Positions 24,065-36,152 of a stretch of 64,000 nt of DNA are shown in pieces. The notes under the pieces are model-generated. The model had not been told where the DNA came from. It searched no databases and saw nothing but the letters and a program-made list of their open reading frames with translations. The position numbers and the translations under genes are program-made. Position 1 is the stretch's first letter; every line of letters starts with the position of its first letter. This DNA comes from Chiloscyllium plagiosum (lineage: Eukaryota), in assembly GCF_004010195.1 (NCBI RefSeq), contig NC_057750.1, positions 10,690,047 to 10,754,046 on the forward strand. The letters are read 5' to 3'.

Positions 24065-25337
24065 TTAGCAAGTTTTGAGAAGATTTGTAGCTCAGATTGA
24101 GGTTCTGGATATAGGTTTGCTCGCTGAACTAGAAGGTTCATTTTCAGATTTTTCGGCATCATACTAGGTAACATTTTCAGTGAGTCTCCGGATGAAGCAC
24201 TGCTGGTATTTCCTGCTTTCTATTTATATGTTTGGGTTTCCTTGGGTTGGTGATGTCATTTCCTGTGGTGATGCCATTTCCTATGATGATGTCATTTCCT
24301 TTTTTTCTCCACCTAACCTGCACATGTTTGGACTTTGGGAGGAAACCAGAGTACCCGGAGAAAACCCATGCAGGCACGTGGAGAATGTGGTAAATGGGGT
24401 CCAAGTCAATATATTTGTTGATCGAGTTCTGGTTGGAATGCCATGCTTCTGTTGGGATTCTAGTGCGTGTCTCTGTTTGGCTTGCCCTAAGATGGATGTG
24501 TTGTCCCAGTCAAAGTGGTGTCCTTTCTCATCCGTATGTAAGGATACTAGTGAGAGAGAAAAAAAGGTCATGTCGTTTTGATGTTCATGTATCCTGGTGG
24601 CTAGCTTTCTGCCTGTTTGTCCATGTAGTGTTTGTTACAGCTCTGGCACAGTATTTTATAAATGACAAACTCACCAACACACTAAAACAGCAGCTAATGA
24701 ACTTAAAAGACCCTATACAGACAACAAGCAAAATTAATGTCATTTACAAAATACTGTGCAAGAACTGTAATAAATACTACATTAGACAAACAGACAGAAA
24801 ACTAGCCACCAGGATACAAGAACATCAACTATCCACAAAACGACATGACCCTCTCTCACTAGTATCCTTACATACAGATAAGGAAGGACACCACTTCAGC
24901 TGGGACAACACATCCCCCTAGGACAAACCAAACAGAGACACACACGAGAATTCGTAGAAGCATGGCATTCCAACTGGAACTCTATCAACAAACACATTTA
25001 CCACCCCCTGAGAAAACACAGGAAATGACATCACCACACCTAGGACAAACCAAACAGAGACACACACGAGAATTCGTAGAAGCATGGCATTCCAACTGGA
25101 ACTCTATCAATAAACACATTTACCACCCCCTGAGAAAACACAGGAAATGACATCACCACAAGAAATGGTGTCACCACAGGAAATGACATCACCAACCCAA
25201 AGAAACCCAAACATATAAATAGAAAGCAGGAAACACCAGCAGTGTTTTATCCGGGGGCTCACTGAAGATGATACCCAGTGTGGTGACGAAACATCTGAAA
25301 ATAAACCTTCCAGCTCGGCAAGCAAACTTACATCCAG
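24065..25337. mobile_element. Inverted Penelope-like element with GIY-YIG endonuclease remnant, nested in an older Penelope-derived hairpin (~23950-25425)
   Basis: NVIYKILCKNCNKYYIRQTDRKLATRIQEH (GIY-YIG) at ~24735-24825, mirrored on the minus strand at 24400-24655. TSD tctctccatggaYg at 24051-24064 and 25338-25351. Confidence 0.9.
25262..25295 (+). ncRNA. Hammerhead ribozyme motif in the Penelope pLTR (family C), slightly decayed
   Basis: tca-CTGAAGA-t-gatacc-cagtgt-ggtgac-GAAA-CATC-tga, with stem I tca/tga; a mutated mirror copy lies at ~24145-24183 on the minus strand. Confidence 0.65.
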
Positions 25338-26840
25338 TCTCTCCATGGACGCTGTCTGATCTGCTGTGACCTCCAGCATTTGTAATTTTCAGTACAGATT
25401 TCAGCATCTGCAGTAACTTGCTTCTATAATTCAAAAGGGAACCCTCTTGGATCCAAATGATCACAGCCCCTTGAGAAAGGAGGGAGGGAGCTGAATTTCT
25501 CACTCCCCTTTCCTTCTGCATTAGTGTCTGATTTGGAGAGGAACTTAATGGAGGTGAAAAAAAATGAAGGGCATTCTGAAGATACTTCTAAATGCGAGGA
25601 AATACAGACTTCTCCACTATTTTGAGGGTAGGAATTCCTCTTTCTGAAGGTAATGCTGTCATCTCCAATGTTTGCGGCAGTGTGAGGGAACTGGAGTGCA
25701 GTTAACAATGGCTGAGGGAGCTCTGTGAGGAAAAAGCATCATTAACAATGGGGAAACCACTGAGCTAGGATCCACAGGAAATTCCTGGGGTGTACTCTGA
25801 CCATACTCTGGTCAAGATCTTCATCAGGAACCTTCTCAACAAGATTCTTATTGCTGATAGGATGGACACTGAGTCAGGCCTACCTGAAGCTGGTTGCTCT
25901 GTGGTTGCTTATAGCTAGCCCTGGGGCTGGACAGTCTCAGTTTAGCAGCTCGATTTTCCCTGCTCCCTGCTCTTGGTGAACTTTAACCTGTTGGAGGCTT
26001 GAATTTAAACTTCACTGAGGCACTCTGTACCTGTGGAAGCTGAATAGTTTGTTCATGTTTGTATTGGTAGATCAAGGGTTCTCTAGTGTCTTGCTGATGG
26101 GGATCCAGTGCAGCCTTTAGGTGGCTTTCTTGTGACTTCTGGGTCTCTTTTTAGCTGCTTCCTCTTGGGTGGTCAGTGGTCTGTGGGCTCAGGGGAAATG
26201 GGCAAAAAAGGTTGCCTCTATCACTCTTATTCAACTAAAGAGTGTCACTCTTCAAACCAGATGGCTGAGTCTTCACCATCATTGGAGCAATGGTGACTAT
26301 CACTGTAGCTGCATCTTGGATCTTTTCATCCAGCACATCCTCTGTCTTTATGGCTGGATCATTCTTTTCAATGTGAAAGACAAATTAAGGTCTACAATTT
26401 CATCTTGCAGTTGGAAACTACCATCCTTGGTACATCCCATTCCCATATTGTCTAACCTTTCTTCAAATAGAGATATAAGCTAAAGCAATGAGCCTGTAAG
26501 ATGTAGGAGCAGACACAGGCCATTCAGCCCATCAAGATTGCTCTGCCATTCAGTGCTGATCTGATAACCCTCAACTTCACATTCCCGCCTCCCTCTCTAA
26601 CCCCCAATTCACTCACTCATTAAAAATCTATTTATCCCAGCCTTGAATATATTAGTAACCCAGCCTCGACAGCCTTCTGCATCCTCAATTGCTGTCTTAA
26701 CTAGATGACCCAGGAATCTCCTGTTCCCTGGATGCTGCCTGACCTGCTGTGCTGTTCCAGCAATAAAGTTTCAACTTTGATCTCCAGCATCTGCAGACCT
26801 CACTTTCTCCTCGACCCATTATTCTGAGATTATGCTTCTG

Positions 26841-27182
26841 TAGAATCATTGAATCCCTACAGTGTGGAAGCAGGCCATTCGGCCCATTGTGTCCACACAG
26901 ACCCTTTGAAGAACATCCCACCCAGACCTACTCCATCCTTCTAACCAAGCACTTCCCATGGCTAATCCACCTCGCTTACACATCCCTGGACACTATATGG
27001 CAATTTAGCATGGCCATTCCACTTAACCTGCATATCTTTGGATTGTTGGAGGAAACTAGAGCACCCAAGAGGAAACCCATGCAGATCATGCAAACTCCAC
27101 ACAGTCAGCTGAGGGTGAAATCAAACCTGGGTCCCTGGCATTGTGAGGCAGCAATGATGGTCACTGAAACACTATACCACCC
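26841..27182 (-). mobile_element. HE1 SINE, diverged
   Basis: Reverse complement of the 19421 element. Confidence 0.85.
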
Positions 27183-27405
27183 CCTGGTCCCAAAGTCTTC
27201 CACATGGGAAACAATCTCTCTACTTGGACCCTGTTAAGTCCCCTAAGAGTGTCATATGCTTCAATAAGGTTGCCTTCTTATTCTTCTAACCTCCAATGAG
27301 TACAAGATCAACCTACACAAACCTCTTCTCATAAGGAAATCCTTCCATACCCAGGATTGTCCTAGTGAGCCTACTTTGGACTGCCTCCAATGCCAGGACC
27401 TCTTT

Positions 27406-27750
27406 CATAGAGTCATAGAGTCATAGAGATGTACAGTATGGAAACAGACCCTTCGGTCCAACCCGTCCATGCCGACCAGGTATCCCAACCCAATCTAGTC
27501 CCATCTGCCAGCACCCGGCCCATATCCTTCCAAACCCTTCCTATTCATATACCCATCCAAATGCCTCTTAAATGTTGCAATTGTACCAGCCTCCACCACT
27601 TCCTCTGGCAGCTCATTCCATACACGCACCACCCTCTGCATGAAAAAGTTGCCTCTTTTATATCTTCCCCCTCTCACCCTAAACCTATGCCCTCTAGTTC
27701 TGGACTCCCGACCCCAGGGATTGCCTATTTATCCTATCCATGCCCCTCAT
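27406..27750 (-). mobile_element. Young CR1/HER1 3' end with (CTATGACT)n tail
   Basis: catagagtcatagagtcatagag tail; GNFFMQRVVRVWNELPEEVVEAGTI. Confidence 0.93.
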
Positions 27751-28329
27751 AGATAAGGGGACAAAAAACTGTTCACAGTACTCCCGTTGTGATCTAACCA
27801 GTCCCTTTTAACCAGCAGCATTTATTTCTTGGAGTATCTTCCCGCTTTCTCCCGATACTGTTGTTACCCTTAATGTCATAAAATGGATCGATCTCTTTCT
27901 TGAATGTGTTCAGTGATTTGGTTTTCGCTGGCAGAGAATTCCACAGATTTTCTAGCTTTTTGAATGAAGAAATCTTTCCTTATCTCCTGTATCCCGAGAC
28001 TGTGACACCTGGTTCTAGACTCCCCAACCAGGGAAACACCCTCCCTGCATCTAGTCTGTCCAGCCCTGTTAGAAGTTTATACATTTCAGTCAGATCCCCT
28101 CTCATCCTTCTAAACTTGAATGAATACAGGCCCAGGTCAAACCAATTTCTCCTTATAAGACAGCCCTGCTATCCCTAGTATCAGCCTAGTGAATCTCTGC
28201 TAGACTCCTATAACAAGTATATCTTCTCTTAAATAAGGAGACCAAAACTGCACACAATGGTCCAGGTGTGGTTTCACTGAGGCCTTGTATAGCCGCAGTA
28301 CGAAGACATCCGTACTTCTGAACTCAAAT

Positions 28330-28560
28330 CTGAACTCGAGACATGTTGTTTGAACACATTTCTTGGTAGCTTCCCACATTCGACACTATTTACACTTGAG
28401 CCTGTTTGGTATCTGCCCATTACCCCATACTCACTGACCCTCACTGGCTCAGTGTTAAGTGATTCCCTGATCTTGAAAATTCTCACCCTCGTTATCAAAT
28501 CCCTCCACTACTTCATCCTCCCCTATCTCTGTTAAACCACTTCCAACCTCCCCCTGCTCA
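28330..28560 (+). mobile_element. L2 LINE ORF C-terminal fragment
   Basis: ITP...LHWL...KILTLVIKSLH...PYL pattern across frames. Confidence 0.6.
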
Positions 28561-28574
28561 TACTGTGCCATCTT

Positions 28575-28912
28575 AGAATCATAGAATCCCTACAGTGTGG
28601 AAATAGGTCCTTCGGCCTAACAAGTCCATACCGACACTGCGAAGAATTACCCACCCAGACCCATTCCCTACCCTATATTGACCCGTGATTAATGCACTAA
28701 TCTACACATCCCTGAACACTATGGGCAATTTAGCATGGCCAAATCACCTAACCTGCACATCTTTGGATTGTGGGAGGAAACTGGAGCACCCGGAGGAAAC
28801 CCACACAGACACAGGGAGAAAGTGCAATCTCCACACAGATAGTCGACCAAGGCTGGATTTGAATCCGGGTCGCTGGTGCTGTGAGGCAGCAGTGCTAACC
28901 ACTGAGCCACCC
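28575..28912 (-). mobile_element. HE1 SINE
   Basis: Full reverse-complement copy. Confidence 0.92.
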
Positions 28913-29764
28913 TTTTCTTCCTCAGATAAGGAGACTAGACTTGACTTGATCTTTAATCTGTCATCACAGACTCTTAGATTGGTGAACAGATTGGGATACC
29001 CCAATCGTCCAGATACTGCTTGTTACCACCGTCATGGGCTTCGCCTTCCAGAACCCCGTGGTAATGATTGGTGGAAATTGGAGTACTTGTTAGCCCTCCT
29101 CCTGTCCTTGAGTACAGCCTGGTCTCCAGTTGTCTCAGATTTTGTCTGCCATTAAGTCAAGACTTTGCTCCACTGGGTCTGACGGTAGTTGCCATGCAAC
29201 AAATCCCACCCTTCGCCACCTTAAAATAATCCACACACAAGCACCTCCCCACCCCAAAGTCTGTGGCCCCAGGATTGGATTATTCAGCCACCATAGAATC
29301 CAACCATGGAGTGGAATCAAGTCATCCTTTATCCCGAGGGACTGTTAAAGAATGAAAAAGGCAAGCCATTTCAAACCCTACAACTTTTTCAGATAAATGT
29401 GATCCTTGAATTCTGGCTTTTTGTGCTCCTTCCATTTCCAGTATTATCAAGATTAAGGACACAAAGATGAAAGGCATTGATTGATTCAGTACCTTGAGAC
29501 TCTTGAATGTTGGTTAGGGAGGAGTCAGACACTTACAATGCTACGTCCTGTAAATAAATCGAGGAAGTATAAAGATTGGCATGTGGCTTCCTATTTTATC
29601 GTCCTGTTTCAGAAAGAATTAACAATCAGATGCTGTGCCTTCAGCTTCTGACGCCTTAAGTTCTGAGTTCGCTCAAACAACTGTTTTCTCTCTCCCTCCT
29701 TTAAACAATCCCAAGTGCTTTGTCACCTTGACTGTAATTTAGGGAGCTGATGGCCTAGTTTGGT

Positions 29765-29983
29765 TAGAGACAATAAACTGCAGATGCTGGAATCCAAAGT
29801 AGACAGGCAGGAGCCTGGATGAACACAGCAAGCCAAGCAGTATCAGGAGATGCAGAAGTTGATATTTTGGGAGTAACCCTTCTTCCTAAGGGACCTAAAG
29901 AAAGGTTATACCTGAAACGTCGACTTCTCCACTTCCTGATGCTGCCTGGCTTGCTGGGTTCTTCCAGCCTCCTTCCTGTCTAC
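29765..29983. mobile_element. Older palindromic Penelope-derived element inserted in a tRNA-SINE head
   Basis: Inverted arms gtagacaggcaggag...cagcaagcca / tggcttgctg...cctgtctac, with a decayed core ending gaaacgtc; host ggcctagt|ggtattatt is split. Confidence 0.75.
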
Positions 29984-31367
29984 TAGTGGTATTATTGCCA
30001 GATTGTTAATTCAGAGACCCAGATAATGTTCAGGGGACCCAGGTTCAAATCCTGCTATGGCAGATGGTGGAATTTGAAAAAAACTGTGCCCAAATTAAAA
30101 GCCTGTTCTGGTGTGGCTCAGGATCATGAAGTACCTTGGAACTCTTTACTATGTCAAAGGTGCCATACAAATGCAAGTTGACAATGACACACACATGCAG
30201 ACATCTAGAGACACAGACATTCACCACTCTTGCCAACATACTGTAACTCTCTGCATGGGCACTGTGCTGAGTCAATGGTGACATATATTTTGGCTTTATT
30301 GAAAGCTGTTCATTTCCTCTTTAATTTCCGCTCCTGTTTGCAGGGAATTTGCTTAAGTTCACTGTCATTCAACCTTACCTCCAGGCTGTGCTGTGACCTA
30401 GAGCTGTGATACACACTGACACCATCCTTGAACTCAAGCCTACTGGGAATTAATGCATCGGGGAAAAATGTAGAATATCTCACCATGCTCCCCCACCAAC
30501 GCTCCCCAGTTCTCTCACCCCTTACCCACTCCACCAACCAAAGCTTTTAAACTTCAAATCCACTCTCCTGCCTTTCCATATAATTCTCGGTTCACTTACT
30601 GATTAAACCCAAGCTCCTGGAATACCTGGTGGGACCCTGAGAGTTTCCTACAAAGATACTAACAAGGAACAAGAGTAGGCCACTTGGCCCTTTGAGCATG
30701 TTCTCCGATTCAATATGATCATGGCTGACATGATTTTAACCTAAGCTCTAATTTCCTGCACACCCCCAATAATCTTCCATCCCCTTGGTCATCAAGAATC
30801 TATCTACCTCTGCCTTAAAAACATTTAAGGATATTGCATCCACTGCGTTTTGAGAAAGGGAATTACTCAGACTTGCACCCCTCTGAGAGAAAAAGTGATC
30901 TTTTGCCTCTGTTTTAAATGTTATTATTTTTATTTTTAAACAGTGACCTTTAATTCTGGATTCTCCCACAAGAAGAAACATCTACCCTGTCAAGACATCT
31001 CAATATCTTCTGTATTTCAATAAAGCCATCTCTGACTTTTCTAAGCTCCAGAGGCCTACTCAGCTTAACTGTAGCTATGCCTCCCCAGCAGCCAGGCCTG
31101 AAGAAATGTTATTGCATTGTGAACTAAAGTCATTGGTCTCAAGCCCTTTCAATCCAACTCTGCCTTGTCAAACTGGTGGGAGGCACTGGAGACAAACTTA
31201 AAAAGACCTTTCGAGGTACTGCATGTGCTGGAAATCTGAAATGAAGAGAAAAAATGGGAGAGATGCTCAGCAAGACAGACAGCATCTGGGAATTGAAGGT
31301 TGAGATATCAAGAGAGACTGAATAGGCTGGGACCTTTTTCACTGGAGCATAGTAGGTTGAGGAGTGT

Positions 31368-31674
31368 GATTAGATTACTTACAGTGTGGAAATAGGCCCT
31401 TCGGCCCAACAAATCCAAACCAACCCTCCGAAGAGCAACCCACCCAGACTCATTCCCCTACATTTATCCCTTCACCTAACATTATGGGCAATTTAGCATG
31501 GCCAATTCACCTGACCTGTACATTTTTGGACTGTGGGAGGAAACCGGAGCACCCGGAGGAAACCCACGCAGACACGGGGAGAATGTGCAAACTCCACACA
31601 GACAGTGTGGAAGAATTGAACCTGGGTCTCAGGTGCTGTGAGGCAGCAGTGCTACTGTGCCACTGTGCTGCCCC
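31368..31674 (-). mobile_element. HE1 SINE inserted in a CR1 fragment (~31310-31790, +)
   Basis: CR1 ggttgaggagtg resumes as gaagtttataaaattatgag after the SINE. Confidence 0.9.
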
Positions 31675-34600
31675 TTTTTGAAGTTTATAAAATTATGAGT
31701 GGCATAGATAAGGTGAAAGGCAGGTGTCTTTTCCCGAGGGTGAGGGATTTCAGGACTGGGGAGTATATTTTTAGGATGAGAGGAGAAAGGTTTATGGGAA
31801 TAAGGTGGGGACTGGGTCTGTATGGGATGCTCTTCAGCGGGTCTGTGTGGACTCGATGGGCCAAATGGCCACTCCCACATTGTAGGGATTCTCTGACTGG
31901 CAGAACCTTGTGGCCTTCCCCATGTTGGTTTTCAATGAGGAAGGCCCCTGGTGGGAAACACATCACGTTCCCATTGAGTTCATGCTGAAAAGGCCTATGT
32001 ATGATATACCTGCCACAATTGGGAAAATGGTTGCATAATCATAATCTCATTGGACTAGTAAACCAAAGGCCCAGGCTGATGCTAGGAGGAGTCAAGATTT
32101 GAGTAGTGCTGGAAAAGCTGGGAGGACGCAAGTTCAAATCCCATCACACCAGCTGAAAGGTAGTGTTGGTAATGGCGGCCACTGCTGTCAGCTTGTTCTA
32201 ATGACCCATCTGGATCAGTAGTGCCCTTTGAGGGGGAGGGAATGAACCAGTTGTCTTTATGTGGCGTGGCCTACATGTGACCCGCAGCAATGTGGCTCTC
32301 TCTGGGCAGGTTGGGATTGGAACTGATTGAGAATGGCAGCCGCATCCCGTTGAGGCCCTGAAGTAAAGGGCCAGGAACTTTCTGTTTGAAAAATGAAGTT
32401 TGAACAAAATTCAACTTTCAAAAACAAAAGGGGTCAAAATTCAACAGTTAGCTGCGCAAGGTCTGGGCGGGGGAGGGGACCCAGGGTGGAGGGTGAAATA
32501 TTAAACAGTGGCTGAGAATTTAATGAGCTGCTTTTAGATCCTGCCCACACCTTGCTCTTGTTTTTTTCACTCAATATTTCTTTTTACAACTCAAAACAAG
32601 CTCATTTCGAGCAAGATCTAACGGAGGCCGACAGATCTCGATAAAGATGAAAGTACCTTCACAGTGGGGTGGCTGAGGGCTAATTGTGAGTGACGGGCCT
32701 TTCAAGTAGTGCCCTCATTAATCAGATGCTGACAGACTCCCTTCCCTATTCACCTGCTCCCACCCCCACCACCAAACCCCAAACCTCCAGCCTTTACTGG
32801 GCCAAAAACATCCACCCCGCACCCCCCTCCCCCAACAACCAATACACAGTCAATGCAAATACTCTTAGGGAAGCTAGCTTAGCCCCAGCCTGTCCTCATT
32901 ACCATGGCAACAGCTGCACTGGTTGCCCTTTTTGCTTCTGAAAGAAATATGAAATCGGGGCAGACATTTGCAACATACAGGGAAAGTGACATCAGCGAAA
33001 AACAGCTCAGTTCACCTTGCTGCTGGGAAAAGAGGATCCTTAGATCTACTTCTGGGCCTAGGAGAAGACCCTCTCTGATTCTCTGACCACTCCCATTGCA
33101 CCTATTTCTCATCTACTTTCATCCCCTATCTTCTCCTATTTCTCTGTCCTCTCTTAGTCATGAGGGAATCTAGAACTAGGGAACATCACTTCAAAAAAAG
33201 GAGTCCCCTGTTTAAGACAGAGATGAAGAAGAATTTTATCCCTCAGAAGGTTCTCAGTGTTTGGAATTGTCTTCCCCAGTGGAGGCTAAGGTAGACACTA
33301 TCTCCTACTCAAAGCTATGCACCTACTGCGGGATGGTGGGACGAGTGTAGGTTGTAGGTTTTTTTTTACAGTACAGACTTGATGGATCAAAGGGCCTCTT
33401 CTTGTATTGTATGATTCTAGACAGATCCTTTTGATTGACAGGTAAGACTAAGAGAAAGTGAGGACTGCAGATGCTGGATAGCAGAGTCAAAACGTGTGGC
33501 ACTGGAAAAGCACAGCCGGTCAAGTAGCATCCGAGGAGTAGGAGAAGTTGGTGTTTCGAGCATAAGCTCTAAAACTAACAAAAGAACTGAGGAGGAACTG
33601 ATAGAACTGAAAAGTATGGAATGCACTGCCTGGACATGTGATGGAGGCAAATTCAATTGAGGCATTCAAGAGAGCATTGGATGGTATTTGGATTGAAATA
33701 TTGAGCTGGTATATGGGAAAAGGCAGAAGATTGGCACTAGAGATTAGAACCAGTGCTAGCACAATGGGCTGAATATCTTCCTTCTCATTCTCTATGACTC
33801 TGCGAAGTTAGAAATAACTTGGGTCTTTGTAAATGGAATTCCACATCAGATTAGTACCAAACATTCCCAATTGTTATTTTGTTCTGGTCAGGAATCAATG
33901 GGACAAGCAGGCAAGTGGAGTTCAAGCCACATCTGCCATCACTTTATGGGGGAGCAGAGCTCAAGGGTTTGAATGGCCCACTCCTGCTTCTGTTTTATTT
34001 TGTTTAAGTTTTGATATGCTTACTAAGCTCTCTGCATTTTCATGGCCGGGTTTCAAAAAGAGGCTTCTTCTGGCAACTGTCACCAGCACTTTTCAGGAGC
34101 CATGGATAAACTTTCTGGACTTGCCTTTACTCGTTCTTTCCATCTGGCTGACATATTGTAATTAGCATTACCCCATCAGTGACTGTTAGGAACAGCAACA
34201 AACTCTGAGGAACAACTTCATCGGGAAGTCTGTGAAAAGTTGTGTCTCCAAGGGGGAGAAAATGGAAAGCGTTGAAGACTGTGGGCTGAGGCAAGATCAA
34301 CCTGGGTGTGTGGTTTTTAAGGAGAATTAAGAGTTCAAATTTGCTGAATTTACCTCTCCACATTTGGACCCTTTGGCAGGAAGTGGGATTGAGTAACAAG
34401 TGGCCTTGCTGCACACGTTCAAAGTGCTATTCTTCACCCACCTCTGTGTATGAGATGATTTGAAAGCTCCAGACCATAAACACTGATTACTGAACTGTGG
34501 GAGTGGGTGCATCAACTTTCAGAGTAACCTGAAGTTCTGAATAAGTCATATTCCCTCTCCTTATCCCTGGTTTTGCCAAGGCTAAAGCCATCAGCTCTTA

Positions 34601-34914
34601 TTCTCCCTAACTCCACTCAGAAACCAAACTGTGGAACCTTTCCCCTCACTTCAGTCTTCCTGCTGCATCCCTCAATTTAATACACAAGTGACAACCACAA
34701 TCAATCTAATTTGCTCTTCACAGTCAGCAAGTGGCTTTGTGGGTAGCACTTTTGTCTGTGATTAATGGAAGTTGTGGGTTCAGTATCACCCCAGGTCAGT
34801 TATGAGTGTCAGTTGAAGGACACCCTGAACAAAGAACATCCTGAGTACTGCATTTTAGTGTCAGCCTAGATTATATACTCGAATATGTGGAATTGGGCTT
34901 GAACTCACAACATA

Positions 34915-35412
34915 TGTTGTGAAACTTGAAAGGGTTCAGAAAAGATTTACGAGGATGTTGCCAGGATTGGAGGATTTGAGCTATAGGAAGAGGCTGAACA
35001 GGTTGGAGCTGTTTACCCTGGAGTGTCGGAGGCTGAGGGGTGACCTTATAGAGGTTTACAAAATTATGAGGGACATGGATAGGGTAAATAGGCAAAGTCT
35101 TTTTCCTGGGGCCCGGGGAGTCCAGAACTAGAGGGCATAGGTTTAGGGTGAGAGGGGAAAGATATAAAAGAGACCTAAGGGGCAACTTTTTCACGCAGAG
35201 GGCGGTACGTGTATGGAATGAGCTGCCATAGGAAGTGGTGGAGGCTGGTACAATTGCAACATTTAAAAGGCATTTGGATGGGTATATGAATAGGAAGGGT
35301 TTGGAAGGATATGGGCCGGGTGCTGGCAGGTGGGACTAGATTGGGTTAGGATATCTGGTCGGCATGGACGGTCTGTTTCCATGCTGCACATCTCTATGAC
35401 TCTATGACTCTA
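34915..35412 (+). mobile_element. Young CR1/HER1 3' fragment
   Basis: KLERVQKRFTRMLPGL...RLRGDLIEVYKIM; ctatgactctatgactcta tail. Confidence 0.93.
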
Positions 35413-35655
35413 TATGGTGCATCCAAGTGATGTACTGTATATCTGAGTGAACTTGTAAATCTAAGTGTTGTAAATCTAAGATTGTATAGCTGAGTGAGCA
35501 GTTGAATATTTGAGGGCAATGTTGAACATCCGAATGAGATATTGCATGTCTGAGTGAGGTACTGTACATTTGAGAGTTAGCTGCATTCAAGGGAAGTATT
35601 GTTTCTCTGAGTACCTTGTTGTGTATTTCTGAGGTATTGTATATCTGTATGAGCA

Positions 35656-35922
35656 ATCATATAGAATCCCTAGTGTGGAAGCTGGCCATTCAACCCATCA
35701 TGTCCACATCAACTGCCCAAAGAACATCCCACCTAAACCCACCCCCTACACTATCCCTGTAACCCTGCATTTTCCATGGACAATCCACCTAACCTGCACA
35801 TGTTTGGACTTTGGGAGGAAACCAGAATACCCGGAGAAAACCCATGCAGGCACGTGGAGAATGTGCAAACTCCACACAGTCTGTGAGGAAGCAGTGCTAA
35901 TCACTAAGCCACCGTGCCACCC
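35656..35922 (-). mobile_element. HE1 SINE, internally deleted
   Basis: Reverse-complement HE1; carries private mutations shared with the patch at 24308-24389. Confidence 0.88.
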
Positions 35923-36092
35923 AAGTGCGTCCAAGTATATCCAAGTCTGGTATTGCATATCTAATGGAGGCATTGTTTTTGAGTGAGGAATTGGATATTG
36001 AGTGGGTTATTGTATAGTTGAGCGTGACGTTTATTCGGTAATTCTGAACAGGGGTAACACCAAACTCAAAATGTTAACTCTGTTCTTTTCTC

Positions 36093-36152
36093 GGAGGAGA
36101 AAGTGAGGTCTGCAGATGCTGGAGATCAAAGTTGAANNNNNNNNNNNNNNNN
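36093..36152. mobile_element. Family A Penelope-derived element broken by a 16-N gap
   Basis: Tail ggagaaagtgaggtctgcagatgctggagatc, then Ns at 36137-36152; TSD ctctgttcttttctc at 36078-36092 and 36153-36167. Confidence 0.8.

Noticed and set aside
25775..25890. LVKIFIRNLLNKILIAD resembling an RTE reverse transcriptase segment
   Set aside because: Too short and degenerate to call without a profile search.
30343..30446. Strong plus-strand acceptor and an overlapping minus-strand donor suggesting exons
   Set aside because: Stop codons follow quickly, no partner exons were found, and the peptide is unrecognisable.
32853..33086. Octamer plus MATAALVALF as an immunoglobulin V leader
   Set aside because: No leader splice donor, V exon or RSS follows.
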